Assembly: GCA_963761305.1 (NCBI GenBank)
Contig: CAVXGK010000002.1
Span: 320,001 to 384,000 of the forward strand
From: an uncultured Gemmatimonadaceae bacterium
GTDB taxonomy: Bacteria; Gemmatimonadota; Gemmatimonadetes; Gemmatimonadales; Gemmatimonadaceae
DNA: 64,000 nt
Reading direction: 5' to 3'
A program made the position numbers and the translations under genes. The notes beneath the pieces are model-generated. The model did not search any database. It saw nothing but the letters and a program-made list of their open reading frames with translations, and had not been told where the DNA came from. The number at the start of each line of letters is the position of its first letter. The stretch's first letter is position 1. Of the stretch, positions 49,259 through 59,364 are shown piece after piece.

Positions 49259-50128
49259 CTAAGCTCGATCGCGAAGCGTCGCCCCCGCCTCCCCGGCGAG
49301 CCGGTCCCGAAGATCGTCTCCGATGAGGGTGCAGCACAGCACCGTCGCGATGAGAGCCAGTCCAGGCGCGATCGCCACCCACGGGGCGACGACGATGAGA
49401 TCGCGGCCGCCGGCGATCATGTTTCCCCAGCTCGGGCTCGGTGGCTGCACGCCCAGGCCCAGAAACGACAGGCCGCTCTCGAGCAGAATAGCGTTGCCGA
49501 CGCCGAGCGTCGTCGCCACGATCGCGGGGCCGAGGGAATTGGGGAGCGCGTGCAGCCAGAGAACGCGCGCGCTCGACGCGCCGAGTCCCGTCGCGGCGTC
49601 GACGAACGGACGCGTCTTCACGCCGAGCATTTCGGCGCGCACCATGCGCGCAACGCCCATCCAACCGGTGAGCACGAGCACCACGACGACCGTCGTCAGG
49701 CCCGGGCGCCAGAGCGCCGCGCAGACGAGCAGCAACACCAGGCGCGGAATGGCGAGCAAAGCGTCGGACAACGCCATGAGTGTCCGATCGACGGCGCCGC
49801 TCGACCAGGCGGCGACCGCGCCCACCATCGTGCCCACGCCGCTCGCCACGACCGACCCGACGATGCCGACCGCGAGCGAAATGCGGCCGGCCAGCATCAT
49901 GCGCACGAACAGATCGCGCCCGAATCGATCGGTGCCAAGAATGTGAAGGTTTCCGAATGCGTCGCGCGAGAAGGGCGGCAGCAGGCGAAGACGCAGCGCG
50001 TCGCCGATGCCGAGCGGATCCTGATGCGAGAGGGCCGGCACCAGCACGACGGCGGCCGCGAGCAGGACGAGCAGCGCGGTCGCCGCGCCGGGAAGCGTAC
50101 GTATCGCCCGCAACGCGCGTGCGATCAC
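49259..50128 (-). CDS. Peptide/nickel-type ABC permease (DppC-like)
   Basis: LGTDRFGRD, ISLAVG, HALPN, LSFLGLG..PSWG. Confidence 0.9.
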   Translation of the reverse strand: MIARALRAIRTLPGAATALLVLLAAAVVLVPALSHQDPLGIGDALRLRLLPPFSRDAFGNLHILGTDRFGRDLFVRMMLAGRISLAVGIVGSVVASGVGTMVGAVAAWSSGAVDRTLMALSDALLAIPRLVLLLVCAALWRPGLTTVVVVLVLTGWMGVARMVRAEMLGVKTRPFVDAATGLGASSARVLWLHALPNSLGPAIVATTLGVGNAILLESGLSFLGLGVQPPSPSWGNMIAGGRDLIVVAPWVAIAPGLALIATVLCCTLIGDDLRDRLAGEAGATLRDRA

Positions 50129-51111
50129 GCGCGACGCCTCGGATCGACGAGCGGCAGCGCGACATCTCCGGCCAGGTTCGCGAAAATCACGAGTCCGGCG
50201 TAGACGGCGGCGGCGCCCATCACGAGTGGGTAGTCGCGCGCCGCGATCGCGTCCACCATCAGTCGGCCCATTCCCGGCCACGCGAACACCGACTCGACGA
50301 AGATCGAGCCGGCGACGAGTCCCGGCAGCGACAGGGCGAACAACACGATCAGCGGCGGGAGAACGTTCGACAGTACGTGGCGCATGTTGACCCGCGCCGG
50401 CGACGACCCCTTCGCGCGCGCCGTGCGCACGAAGTCCTCGCCGAGGATGTCGGCGACGCTCGAGCGCGAGTAGCGCGCGATCCCGGCGGCGCCGACGACG
50501 GTGAGAATGCTCACCGGAAGGATCGCGTGCCGGAGCAAATCCGAGAGCGAGGCCCAGCCGCTCAGCTCGAGTCCCGGCGCATGAAGGCCGAACGCCGGAA
50601 GGCGAAGCCACGGTGGAAATCCCCACTCGGCCGCGCCGTAAGTGAACACGGCCACGAGCGCCAGCGCGAGCCAGAAGCTCGGCGCGGCGTACATGACAGT
50701 CGTCACGACGGTCAGCGCCCGATCCACCAAGCGTCCTCGGCGGACGGCCTGGACGAGTCCCAGTGGAACTCCAATGAGGAATGTCAGGGCGAGCGATGCG
50801 GCGCCCAGACCGATCGAGACGGGGAGCGCGTCGGCGATCGCGCGCGTCACCGGCTCTCGGCGGAGAGAGCTCTCTCCCAAATCGCCGCGGAGCACGCCGC
50901 CAGCCCAGCGTGCATATTGCACGGCGACGGACCGGTCGAGTCCGAGCTCCGAACGGATTCGTGCGGCATCGGCGGCCGTGGCGGACGGCGGAATGAGAAA
51001 AGTCGCGGCATCACCCGGGGCGAGGCGGACGAGCGCGAACGTGAGCGTGAGCACCAGCCAGAGAAGGCCCAGCGCGCCGGCAAGGCGCCGCAGTACGACG
51101 AGAGGATGCAC
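50125..51111 (-). CDS. Peptide/nickel-type ABC permease (DppB-like)
   Basis: LAPGD, GDLGES, PSFW, RTARAKG, ESVFAWPGMG, RDYP; start GTG 51111 or TTG 51126. Confidence 0.9.
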   Translation of the reverse strand: MHPLVVLRRLAGALGLLWLVLTLTFALVRLAPGDAATFLIPPSATAADAARIRSELGLDRSVAVQYARWAGGVLRGDLGESSLRREPVTRAIADALPVSIGLGAASLALTFLIGVPLGLVQAVRRGRLVDRALTVVTTVMYAAPSFWLALALVAVFTYGAAEWGFPPWLRLPAFGLHAPGLELSGWASLSDLLRHAILPVSILTVVGAAGIARYSRSSVADILGEDFVRTARAKGSSPARVNMRHVLSNVLPPLIVLFALSLPGLVAGSIFVESVFAWPGMGRLMVDAIAARDYPLVMGAAAVYAGLVIFANLAGDVALPLVDPRRRA

Positions 51112-52737
51112 GCGCTGAACCTGCAAAGGCGGGTACGGCTGTCAACCGTCGCGTCGGCGATCGCGACCACGATCCTGGCGCCGTTCGCCGTGGCCTGCTG
51201 GGCACCGGAGCGACCGGCCGACGTCGTCGTCTACGCGTCGGGGACCGACCTCGAATCGGGAAATCCGCTCGTCACGATCCACCCGCTGTCGCGGCAGATT
51301 CAGCGATTCGTGCTCTTCGTGACACTGGCGAAGTACGACGACAAGCTCCAGCCCGTTCCCTACGCGGCGACGTCGTGGACATGGTCTGCCGATCGTCGCG
51401 CGCTGACGCTGCATCTCGCCCACGGCCTCGAGTGGCAAGATCGGGTTCCGACGACGGCGCGCGACGTCGCGTTTACGATCAGCGCGGCACGCGATCCGGC
51501 GACGGGCTACTGGCGCTCGGCTGACCTCGCGGCCGTCGACACCGCGCTCGTTCGCGACGACACGACGGCGGAACTTCGATTCAATGCGGCACAAGCGGCG
51601 TTGCCGCTCGTGTTTTGCGAGCTGCCGATAGTCCCCGCACATCTGCTGGACACGATTCCACACGCCGAGCTGCGCCGGGCCGCGTTCAACTTTGCGCCCG
51701 TCGGCAACGGGCCGTTCGCGTTCGTCGATCGCCGTGCAGGGTCGCGTTGGTCGTTTCGGCGAAACGACGCGTTCCCCGCGGCACTCGGCGGCCCGCCGCG
51801 CGTGGCGGGGCTGGTGGTGACCGTGGTCGACGAGCCGACGACGAAGTTCGCCGGGCTGGCGAGCGGCGAGTTGGACGTCGCCGGCATTTCCCCGGCGATG
51901 GCACCGCTGGCTCGCCGTGATCCGTCGATGCGCGTCGTGGAGTATCCAATTCTCTTTACGACGGGACTTGTTTTCAACGTTCACAAACCTCCATTCGACG
52001 ATGCCCGGGTGCGTCGCGCGATCTCGATGTCCGTCGACCGCTCGCGTCTGGTCGACGCGGCCCTGGCCGGATTCGGCGCGCCGGCGGCCGGCCCCGTTCC
52101 ACCGGAGAGTCCGCTCGCGCTCGCCGGCGCACCGGTTCACGACGTTGCCCGTGCCGACTCGCTCCTCGACGCGGCAGGCTGGCTGCGCGGACCGAACGGA
52201 GCCCGTCGCCGCGGCGGACGGCCGCTCGAATTCGATCTGTTGACGGTGGGGTCGGGTGACAACGCGCTCGAGCAGCTCATACAGGCGGACCTCGCGCTGC
52301 GCGGTATTCGCGTCGACATTCGACAGGTGGAGCTTGGCACGTTCCTCAACGACGCGCGGGCGTCGAGCAAGACGTTCGACGTCCTCATCGCCGGCGTCCC
52401 CGGCGACGTGGCGTTGTCGTTCGTGTCGGCGATGTTCGAGACGCGGCAGCGGGGCGGGGCGCTCGACTACACCGGCTTCCACTCGCGTGAGCTCGACTCG
52501 CTGTTCACAGCGGCCCGCACCGCGGGCGACCAGTCGTCGCGCGTCGCCACGTGGCAAGCGGTGCAGCGCGTGTTGGCCGACAGCATGCCCGTCGCCTGGC
52601 TCTACCACTCGCGCGGCGTGCAGGGCCTGTCGGCTCGTCTCCGCAACGTGACGATGGATCTCCGCGGCGAGATGGTCTCGGTCGCCGACTGGAGCATCGA
52701 CAACGCGCGGCAGCGCCGCGTGGCGACCTCGCGATGA
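51106..52737 (+). CDS. Family-5 ABC substrate-binding protein (DppA/OppA-like), probable lipoprotein
   Basis: AVAC lipobox-like; TARDVAFT, PVGNGPF, GELDV, PFDDARVRRAIS, LLDAAGW; start uncertain. Confidence 0.87.
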   Translation: MHALNLQRRVRLSTVASAIATTILAPFAVACWAPERPADVVVYASGTDLESGNPLVTIHPLSRQIQRFVLFVTLAKYDDKLQPVPYAATSWTWSADRRALTLHLAHGLEWQDRVPTTARDVAFTISAARDPATGYWRSADLAAVDTALVRDDTTAELRFNAAQAALPLVFCELPIVPAHLLDTIPHAELRRAAFNFAPVGNGPFAFVDRRAGSRWSFRRNDAFPAALGGPPRVAGLVVTVVDEPTTKFAGLASGELDVAGISPAMAPLARRDPSMRVVEYPILFTTGLVFNVHKPPFDDARVRRAISMSVDRSRLVDAALAGFGAPAAGPVPPESPLALAGAPVHDVARADSLLDAAGWLRGPNGARRRGGRPLEFDLLTVGSGDNALEQLIQADLALRGIRVDIRQVELGTFLNDARASSKTFDVLIAGVPGDVALSFVSAMFETRQRGGALDYTGFHSRELDSLFTAARTAGDQSSRVATWQAVQRVLADSMPVAWLYHSRGVQGLSARLRNVTMDLRGEMVSVADWSIDNARQRRVATSR

Positions 52738-55469
52738 GCGTTCTGCTCGGACCTGACGAGATCGGGCGACGCCGCGCCGCGGCCGCGGGCCCGCTGCGGC
52801 AACTCGCCGATTCGCTGGCGGCGGATCTGGAGCCGCTGCTGGCGCGCGACCTCTATTTCCCCGAGGAAAAGGCGTTGCTGTCGCGCAGTGGCGGACGCTG
52901 CGAGATCGACGGCACGATGCTCGAGTTCGACCCATTCTCCCCGCACGAACATCGATGTCCGCGCTGCGGGCGCGTGCACACCGGCGAGCTGCACGATCGG
53001 TTCTGGAACTACTGGTATCAGCTCTGGCTGGCCGAGCGCGCCGTGCACGGTGCGGTGCTTTCGTCGCTCGGGTACGGCGAACGCTACGCGTCGCTCTCGC
53101 GCGATATCCTTACCGGGTACGCCCAGCGCTATCTGCGGTATCCCAACGCCGACAACGTGCTCGGACCGACGCGCCTGTTCTTCAGCACGTACCTCGAGTC
53201 CATCTGGCTGCTTCAGATCTGCATCGCCGCCGACGTGCTGGCGCCGGCCGAACCGCGACTGGTGGACCGCGTTCGCTCGGAGATCGTCGAGCCGAGCCGG
53301 GCGCTGATCGCGGACTACGACGAAGGCGGGTCGAATCGACAAGTGTGGAATGACGCCGCGCTGCTCGCCGCGTCGCGTCTCCTCGGCGATTCCGCCGCGA
53401 CCGAGCGCGCGGTCTTCGGCGTGAACGGCGTCGCGCGGCAAGTCGCCGACGGTCTGTTGAGCGACGGCACCTGGTACGAGGGAGAGAACTATCATCTCTT
53501 CGCGCACCGCGGGCTGTGGTACGGCGTGACGATGGCCGAGCACGCGGAATTGCCCATCGATCCCGCGCTCGAGCAGCGGTTTCAGCGGGGATTTGCCGCG
53601 CCATTTCTCTCGGCACTTCCGGATTTCACGCTTCCGTCGCGCCGCGATTCGCAGTACGCGATCTCGCTGCGCCAGTGGCGCATCGCCGAGCACTGTGAGT
53701 TGGGGCTCGCGCGCCAGGACGACGCGACGCTGCGCGGCGCGCTCGCCCGCATGTACCTCGACGACGTGCCGCGCCGCACGCCGCGCCGCGATCGTTCTGC
53801 CGCCGACGTCGAGCGCAACATGTCGGCGTCATCCCTGTCGCGCGCCGACCTGAGCTGGCGCGCCCTGTTGTTCGCCGAGCCGGAGCTGCCGCCGTTGCTC
53901 GCTTCGCCTCCGGCGTCGGCGCTGCTCGACGGGCAGGGGCTCGCCGTGTTCCGCCGCGAGGACGGACGCACCTACGTCGCGCTGGACTACGGTCATTCCG
54001 GCGGAGGCCACGGGCATCCGGATCGGTTGAACCTTCTCCTGATGCGCGACGACGTCCGGTGGCTCGACGACTTCGGCACCGGATCGTACGTCGACCGCTC
54101 ACTGCATTGGTATCGCAGCACACTGGCGCACAACGCACCCCTCGCCGGCGGCCGGTCGCAGCACTCCGTGAATGGCGTGCTCCGCACGTACGACGAGGGA
54201 GACGACTGCGGTTGGATCCAGGCCGAGGCGGAAATCGCGCCCGGTGTCCGGGTGCGGCGAACGCTCGTCGTGCTGCCGGACTATGTCATCGACACCGTCG
54301 CGTGGCAGAGCGCGCCGCGTTCGGCGCCCGCTTCGCACGAATTGGAATCGACGCTCGTCTTCGACCTTCCGATTCACGCGGCGATCGAGCTCACCGATGG
54401 CGGCGCGCCGCCCGAGCGCGGATCGCTGGCCGGCGGCCACGGTCTCGAGGATGGATTCGACTTTGCGCACGACACGACCGTCGAACGCGTGCAGGGCGGA
54501 ACGCGCGTCGTCGGCTTCGCCACACACGACAACGCCGCGATGGCGGTCTGGGCTCGCGCCTCAGCCAACACTGAGTGGTGGCGCGCGACGGCGCCCGGCG
54601 CGCCAGGCCACGGCGACAAAACCTTCCGCCTCGTGCGAACGCGCGAGGCCGCCGGCCGATACGAGTTCGTCTGGAGCTGGACCGACGCGGTGGTCGACGT
54701 CGAATTCGGCGACTCGGTTCGTGTCGCCCTCTCCGACGGAATGATTCACGAGCATCGCGCCGGACGCGACCAGTGGGAGATCGACGTCGTCCACGTCGGC
54801 TCGCGAGACGCGCGCCGGGTGACGCTCGGCGGCGGCGTGCAACCCAGCGACTTTCCGCGCCGCGAGCGGAAACCGCCGGAAACGACTGCGCCGCTGCGGC
54901 TCATCCGCGATTCCGAGACCGCCATCTCGCTCGGAGAGGCGCACTATCGACGCTCCGAAGACACGTGGGAAGCCGCCGGGCGTCCCACCGCCGACGTCGC
55001 GTTCCTCGCGCGCGGCGCGACGCTCCGTGTCACCGTCACCGTCCCACGCAGCGACGTCACGTTCGCTCCGCGAAACGCCGAGAATCCCTTCGACAACGAA
55101 CCAGCGGATGTGAACGGCGACGGCATCCAGCTCTACGCGAGAGTCGCCGACACCGTCGCGGGGTGGATGCTCGTGCCCGAGCTCGGCGGGAACCATGTGC
55201 GCGTTCGCTCCGTCGCCGGGACCGGGATTCGCTCGACGCCGAATCCGCGCGCGACCTGGGACCGCACGACCAGCGGCTACCGCGTGGACATCGATCTCGA
55301 TGCGCGTCAACTCTCGGCGATCGACGTCATCGTGAACGAGATGCCGCGCGGACGTCAGCGCCGGCGTGGCCAGTTGGTGTTGAGCGGCGGACGCGGCGAG
55401 TTCGCCTATCTGCGCGGCGACCGGCAGGACGAAGACCGGCTCATTCCGATCGAGTGGGGCGATGGCTGA
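52734..55469 (+). CDS. Heparinase II/III-family (oligosaccharide lyase-like) protein with extra C-terminal domain
   Basis: SNRQVWN, DGTWYEGENYH, GGHGHPDRL, WYRSTLAHN; N-terminal C..CxxC..H. Confidence 0.8.
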   Translation: MSVLLGPDEIGRRRAAAAGPLRQLADSLAADLEPLLARDLYFPEEKALLSRSGGRCEIDGTMLEFDPFSPHEHRCPRCGRVHTGELHDRFWNYWYQLWLAERAVHGAVLSSLGYGERYASLSRDILTGYAQRYLRYPNADNVLGPTRLFFSTYLESIWLLQICIAADVLAPAEPRLVDRVRSEIVEPSRALIADYDEGGSNRQVWNDAALLAASRLLGDSAATERAVFGVNGVARQVADGLLSDGTWYEGENYHLFAHRGLWYGVTMAEHAELPIDPALEQRFQRGFAAPFLSALPDFTLPSRRDSQYAISLRQWRIAEHCELGLARQDDATLRGALARMYLDDVPRRTPRRDRSAADVERNMSASSLSRADLSWRALLFAEPELPPLLASPPASALLDGQGLAVFRREDGRTYVALDYGHSGGGHGHPDRLNLLLMRDDVRWLDDFGTGSYVDRSLHWYRSTLAHNAPLAGGRSQHSVNGVLRTYDEGDDCGWIQAEAEIAPGVRVRRTLVVLPDYVIDTVAWQSAPRSAPASHELESTLVFDLPIHAAIELTDGGAPPERGSLAGGHGLEDGFDFAHDTTVERVQGGTRVVGFATHDNAAMAVWARASANTEWWRATAPGAPGHGDKTFRLVRTREAAGRYEFVWSWTDAVVDVEFGDSVRVALSDGMIHEHRAGRDQWEIDVVHVGSRDARRVTLGGGVQPSDFPRRERKPPETTAPLRLIRDSETAISLGEAHYRRSEDTWEAAGRPTADVAFLARGATLRVTVTVPRSDVTFAPRNAENPFDNEPADVNGDGIQLYARVADTVAGWMLVPELGGNHVRVRSVAGTGIRSTPNPRATWDRTTSGYRVDIDLDARQLSAIDVIVNEMPRGRQRRRGQLVLSGGRGEFAYLRGDRQDEDRLIPIEWGDG

Positions 55470-56211
55470 GTCGCTCCTCGAATCGGTGGTCGTCGTGCTG
55501 TACGAGCCCCTCGACCCGGTGAACATCGGCGGGACCGTGCGCGCCATGAAGAACATGGGCGTGCACCGCCTCCGTCTCATTCGCCCCGTGCCCTACGAGG
55601 CGGTGCGCATCGAAGGGATCGCCCACGGCACCATGGACGTGATCCGTCGGATCGAGCACTTCGACACGTTCGACGCGGCGGTCGCCGACTGCGTCCACAC
55701 CGCCGCGTTCACCGCGCGCCGGCGCTCGGCGAAGATCCACCTCGTCGAGCCGCGCGAGGCGGCGCGCGAACTGCTCGACGCGGCGCCGGACGGACCGGTG
55801 GCGATCATCTTCGGGCGCGAAGACAACGGACTGCCGAACGACGTGCTCGACCGCGTGCACGCCACGGTCACGATCCCGACGACGAACCACGCGTCGCTCA
55901 ACCTTGCCCAAGCGGCGCTCATCGCGCTCTACGAGCTGCACCGCGCCGCCGCCGACGCCACGCGAACGATCGCGCCGCCGCGCAAGGACGCCCCGCCCCC
56001 GACCAACGCCGACTTCGAGCAGTACTTCTCCGACGCGGCGAATTCGCTCGAGATGATCGAGTTCTTCAAGACGCGCTATTCCGAGCACATCATGCGCACG
56101 CTGAGGTCGCTCACCTTCCGGGCGTCGCCCGACGCCCGCGAGCTGTCGCTCATGCGAGCCATGGCGATCGAGGTGATGAACTTCATCGAGCGCAAACGCC
56201 GTCGGGGTTGA
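55462..56211 (+). CDS. TrmJ/TrmH-family SPOUT RNA methyltransferase
   Basis: NIGGTVRAMKNMG, FGREDNGL, SLNLAQA. Confidence 0.88.
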   Translation: MAESLLESVVVVLYEPLDPVNIGGTVRAMKNMGVHRLRLIRPVPYEAVRIEGIAHGTMDVIRRIEHFDTFDAAVADCVHTAAFTARRRSAKIHLVEPREAARELLDAAPDGPVAIIFGREDNGLPNDVLDRVHATVTIPTTNHASLNLAQAALIALYELHRAAADATRTIAPPRKDAPPPTNADFEQYFSDAANSLEMIEFFKTRYSEHIMRTLRSLTFRASPDARELSLMRAMAIEVMNFIERKRRRG

Positions 56212-56243
56212 CGCCGCCGACGGGAGGGACCTGATTTTCCAGC

Positions 56244-57602
56244 ATGCCATTCCGCCGCTTCTTTGAGCGAGGCACCAAAGGCGGCGACGCGCCGCCGGCC
56301 GCACCGGGCGACTCGTCCGCGGACGACGCCGCGACCGTCGCCGAAGAAGAGCCCGAAGAGGGCGGTGAACCCGAGAACATCTCGGGCGATCAGGAAGACG
56401 CGACCTGGCACGAACGCGCCATCGCCGTGCTTCCGACAGGCGCGTCAACGGGAAGCAAGCGATCCGCCGCGCTCTATGGCGCCGACGACTCCGACGGTCC
56501 CACGCACTACGTCCAGGCGGTCGGCTGCCGCATGTTCGATTCCGACGGCAACCAGTATCTCGACTGCACGATGGCGCTCGGCGCCGTGTCGCTCGGCTAC
56601 GCCGAACCGAATGTGACGCGGGCCGTCGTCGATGCGATCGCGGGCGGCAACGTCGCGGGGCTGTCGAACGTGCGCGAAGTGGACGTCGCCGAGCGGTTGT
56701 GCGGTGTGATTCCGTGCGCCGACAAAGTGCAGTTTCTCAAGACCGGCGCCGAGGCGATCGCGGCCGCGGTGCGCATCGCGCGGACGTACACGGGGCGAGA
56801 CGTCGTCGTCGGGTGCGGCTATTTCGGCTGGCTCGATTGGTCGGCCGACGAGACGGCGGGCGTCCCGGACGGAACGCGACGTGATTTCCATCGTGTGCCG
56901 TTCGACGATGTCGCGGCGCTCGAGGCGGCGGTGGGCGACGCAGGCGACCGGCTCGCGGCGATCGTCATCGAACCGGTGATCGAGCGATTGCCGTCGTCGG
57001 CATGGATCACGCGTGCGCGCGAGCTGGCGACGGCGAGCGGTGCCGCGCTCATCTTCGACGAGATCAAGACGGGATTTCGACTCAAGACGGGCGGCTATCA
57101 AGCGTTCGCCGACGTCATGCCGGACTTGGCGGCGTTCGGCAAGGCGATGGCAAACGGATTTCCGCTCGCCGCGGTCGTCGGCCACCGGGAGCTCATGGAT
57201 GCGGCCCGCAAGACGTGGATCTCGTCGACGCTCGCCAGCGACGGGTCGGCGCTCGCCGCGGCGAGCGCGGTGCTCGCCTGGCACGACTCAGTGGACATCT
57301 GCGCGTCGCTCTGGTCGATCGGCGCCGACATGAAACACGCCGTGAGTGCGGCGATCGAAGCCAGCGGAGTGCAGGGGATCACCGTCGACGGCATCGACCC
57401 GATGTGGCTGCTGCGGTTCGATCGTCCCGAGCGCGAGCGGCGGTTCCTCGAGTTGGGTGCGGCGAACGGTGTGTTGTTCAAGCGTGGCGCGTACAACTAC
57501 GCCGCGCTGGCCCACGACGACGACGCGCTCCGTGATCTGGAACGCTGCGCGAGCGACACACTCGTTGCGCTGCGCGACGAGGAGGCGGAGGGCGCCGGTT
57601 GA
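56244..57602 (+). CDS. Class III PLP aminotransferase (GSA-aminomutase-like)
   Basis: DGNQYLD, KTGAEA, LIFDEIKTGFR, FGKAMANGFP; acidic N-terminal extension. Confidence 0.85.
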   Translation: MPFRRFFERGTKGGDAPPAAPGDSSADDAATVAEEEPEEGGEPENISGDQEDATWHERAIAVLPTGASTGSKRSAALYGADDSDGPTHYVQAVGCRMFDSDGNQYLDCTMALGAVSLGYAEPNVTRAVVDAIAGGNVAGLSNVREVDVAERLCGVIPCADKVQFLKTGAEAIAAAVRIARTYTGRDVVVGCGYFGWLDWSADETAGVPDGTRRDFHRVPFDDVAALEAAVGDAGDRLAAIVIEPVIERLPSSAWITRARELATASGAALIFDEIKTGFRLKTGGYQAFADVMPDLAAFGKAMANGFPLAAVVGHRELMDAARKTWISSTLASDGSALAAASAVLAWHDSVDICASLWSIGADMKHAVSAAIEASGVQGITVDGIDPMWLLRFDRPERERRFLELGAANGVLFKRGAYNYAALAHDDDALRDLERCASDTLVALRDEEAEGAG

Positions 57603-58501
57603 GCGACCGACGCGTGGCGATGCCAGTGGGCGGCGGCGGGGAAGCGCCGCTCATCGACGTCCACGCTCATTTTCACCACGCCGGGACCGGCCGGTCGGAT
57701 TGGGCCGACGTGAATGCGGCGCGCTTTCGCGCCGGCGAGCGCATCGGAATCACCTATCACGTCGCGTCGATCCTCGGCACGTGGGGTTTCCTGTCGCCGA
57801 CCTATTTCCCTTCGCCGGCCGACGTGACGCTCGGCAACGACGCGATGCTCGGGCTGTGCGAGCGCGAGCCGGATCGCGTCCGGATGTTCACGACCGTGAA
57901 CCCCAACTACACCGAGCACGCGTGTGCCGAGATCGAGCGGTGCACCGCACGCGGCGCGATCGGCATCAAGCTGCTGGCCAGCCGCCGGGCCGACGACCCA
58001 CTCCTCGATCCCGTCGCCGCGCTCGCCGCAAACCTTCAGCTCCCAATTCTCCATCACGTCTGGCAGCACCGTACCCGCGAGTGGCCGTCGCAAGAGATCT
58101 CTGATGGCGCCGATCTCGCGCGGCTTGCCGAGCGGCACCCGAAGGCCAGCTTCATCCTCGCCCACATCGGCGGCGGCGGCGACTACATGCACACGTTCGC
58201 CGCCGTGCGCGACGTGCCGAACATCTACCCGGACCTTTCGGGAAGCGGCGTCGATCGCGGCATGCTCGACGCGGCGGTCGACGCGCTCGGCGCGGATCGC
58301 CTGTTGTGGGGATCGGATCTGACGATGTGCACCGGACTCGCCAAGCTGCGCGCGCTCGACACGATCGGTCTCGGGCGCGACGACATCGAGCGCATCCGAT
58401 GGAAGAACACGGCGCGCATCTTTCGCCCGGGAAGTTTTCCGCGGTGCGAGCATGCATCGCACGCCGAACGCGATTCCATGGCCGCCGGAGCGCGCGCGTG
58501 A
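57599..58501 (+). CDS. Amidohydrolase_2-family TIM-barrel metallohydrolase
   Basis: IDVHAH, GIKL, ILHH, ILAHIGG, LWGSD; start may be ATG near 57619. Confidence 0.83.
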   Translation: MSDRRVAMPVGGGGEAPLIDVHAHFHHAGTGRSDWADVNAARFRAGERIGITYHVASILGTWGFLSPTYFPSPADVTLGNDAMLGLCEREPDRVRMFTTVNPNYTEHACAEIERCTARGAIGIKLLASRRADDPLLDPVAALAANLQLPILHHVWQHRTREWPSQEISDGADLARLAERHPKASFILAHIGGGGDYMHTFAAVRDVPNIYPDLSGSGVDRGMLDAAVDALGADRLLWGSDLTMCTGLAKLRALDTIGLGRDDIERIRWKNTARIFRPGSFPRCEHASHAERDSMAAGARA

Positions 58502-59274
58502 TCGACGTCAACACGCTCATCGGCGCGTACCCGTTTCGCCACGTCCCGCATCCCGATCCGGACGCGCTCATCCGCGTGCTCGACCGCGAGGGAATCGAGG
58601 GTGCGTGGGTCGGACATCTGCCGTCGGCGTTCTATCGCGACCCGACGCCCGGGAACGCGGCGCTCTACGCCGCGCTGCAACCGTTCGACGATCGTCTGCG
58701 GCCGGTGCCGGCGATTCGCCCTGACTGGCCCAACTGGGGCGACGCGCTGGCTGGCGCGCGCGACGCCGGGGCGCCGGCGGTGCGCGCGTATCCGCCCCAA
58801 TGGGGGCTGGCTCCCGGCGGCGGCGCGGCGACGAGTCTGCGTGAGCTCGCTGTGGCGACCGGCGACGCGGGACTCGCGCTCCTCCTCACCGTGCGGTTCG
58901 AGGATTTGCGCCAGCGCCATCCGATGGACTCGGCCGGCGACGTGAGCGCCGCGACCGTGCGCGCGCTCGCGCGTGCGGGAAGCTCGGTACGACTCGTCGT
59001 GACGGCCGCGTCTCGCGAGATGATCGAGGAGGTGCACTGGGGCCTCACGCCCGACGAACAACGTCGCGTGTTCTGGGACATCTCGTGGATCTGGGGCCCG
59101 CCGGAAGACCATCTCTCGAAGCTGTTTCGCACGATCGGGTCGTCGCGGTTCGTGTTCGGTTCACAGTGGCCGTTGCGCCTCGTGCAGACGCCCAGTGCGA
59201 ACCTCGATTTGCTTGCCGACGACGTTGCCGGCGCCACACTCGCCGACGCGCGCGACGTGCGTGCCGGAGCCTAG
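58498..59274 (+). CDS. Degenerate amidohydrolase_2-like protein
   Basis: IDVNT (no HxH), FVFGSQWP; GTGA-coupled to the previous gene. Confidence 0.72.
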   Translation: MIDVNTLIGAYPFRHVPHPDPDALIRVLDREGIEGAWVGHLPSAFYRDPTPGNAALYAALQPFDDRLRPVPAIRPDWPNWGDALAGARDAGAPAVRAYPPQWGLAPGGGAATSLRELAVATGDAGLALLLTVRFEDLRQRHPMDSAGDVSAATVRALARAGSSVRLVVTAASREMIEEVHWGLTPDEQRRVFWDISWIWGPPEDHLSKLFRTIGSSRFVFGSQWPLRLVQTPSANLDLLADDVAGATLADARDVRAGA

Positions 59275-59344
59275 TCGGTGCGAGATGATTGTCCCGCTTG
59301 CGTGTCGTGGCACGTCCTTTCAGATTTCCCGGCCAGTCGGGCAC

Positions 59345-59364
59345 CTTGTGAATTAGTTCACAAG
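59345..59364. promoter_or_regulatory. Rex-type (also CRP-type) operator palindrome upstream of the act operon
   Basis: CTTGTGAA-TTAG-TTCACAAG matches TTGTGAA-N4-TTCACAA, about 40 bp before actA. Confidence 0.75.

Noticed and set aside
56244..57602. Calling the aminotransferase hemL
   Set aside because: Lacks the SPVRAF and GTLSGNP signatures and has no tetrapyrrole gene context
59308..59322. TGGCAC sigma-54-like -24 box upstream of actA
   Set aside because: The -12 position reads CA rather than GC
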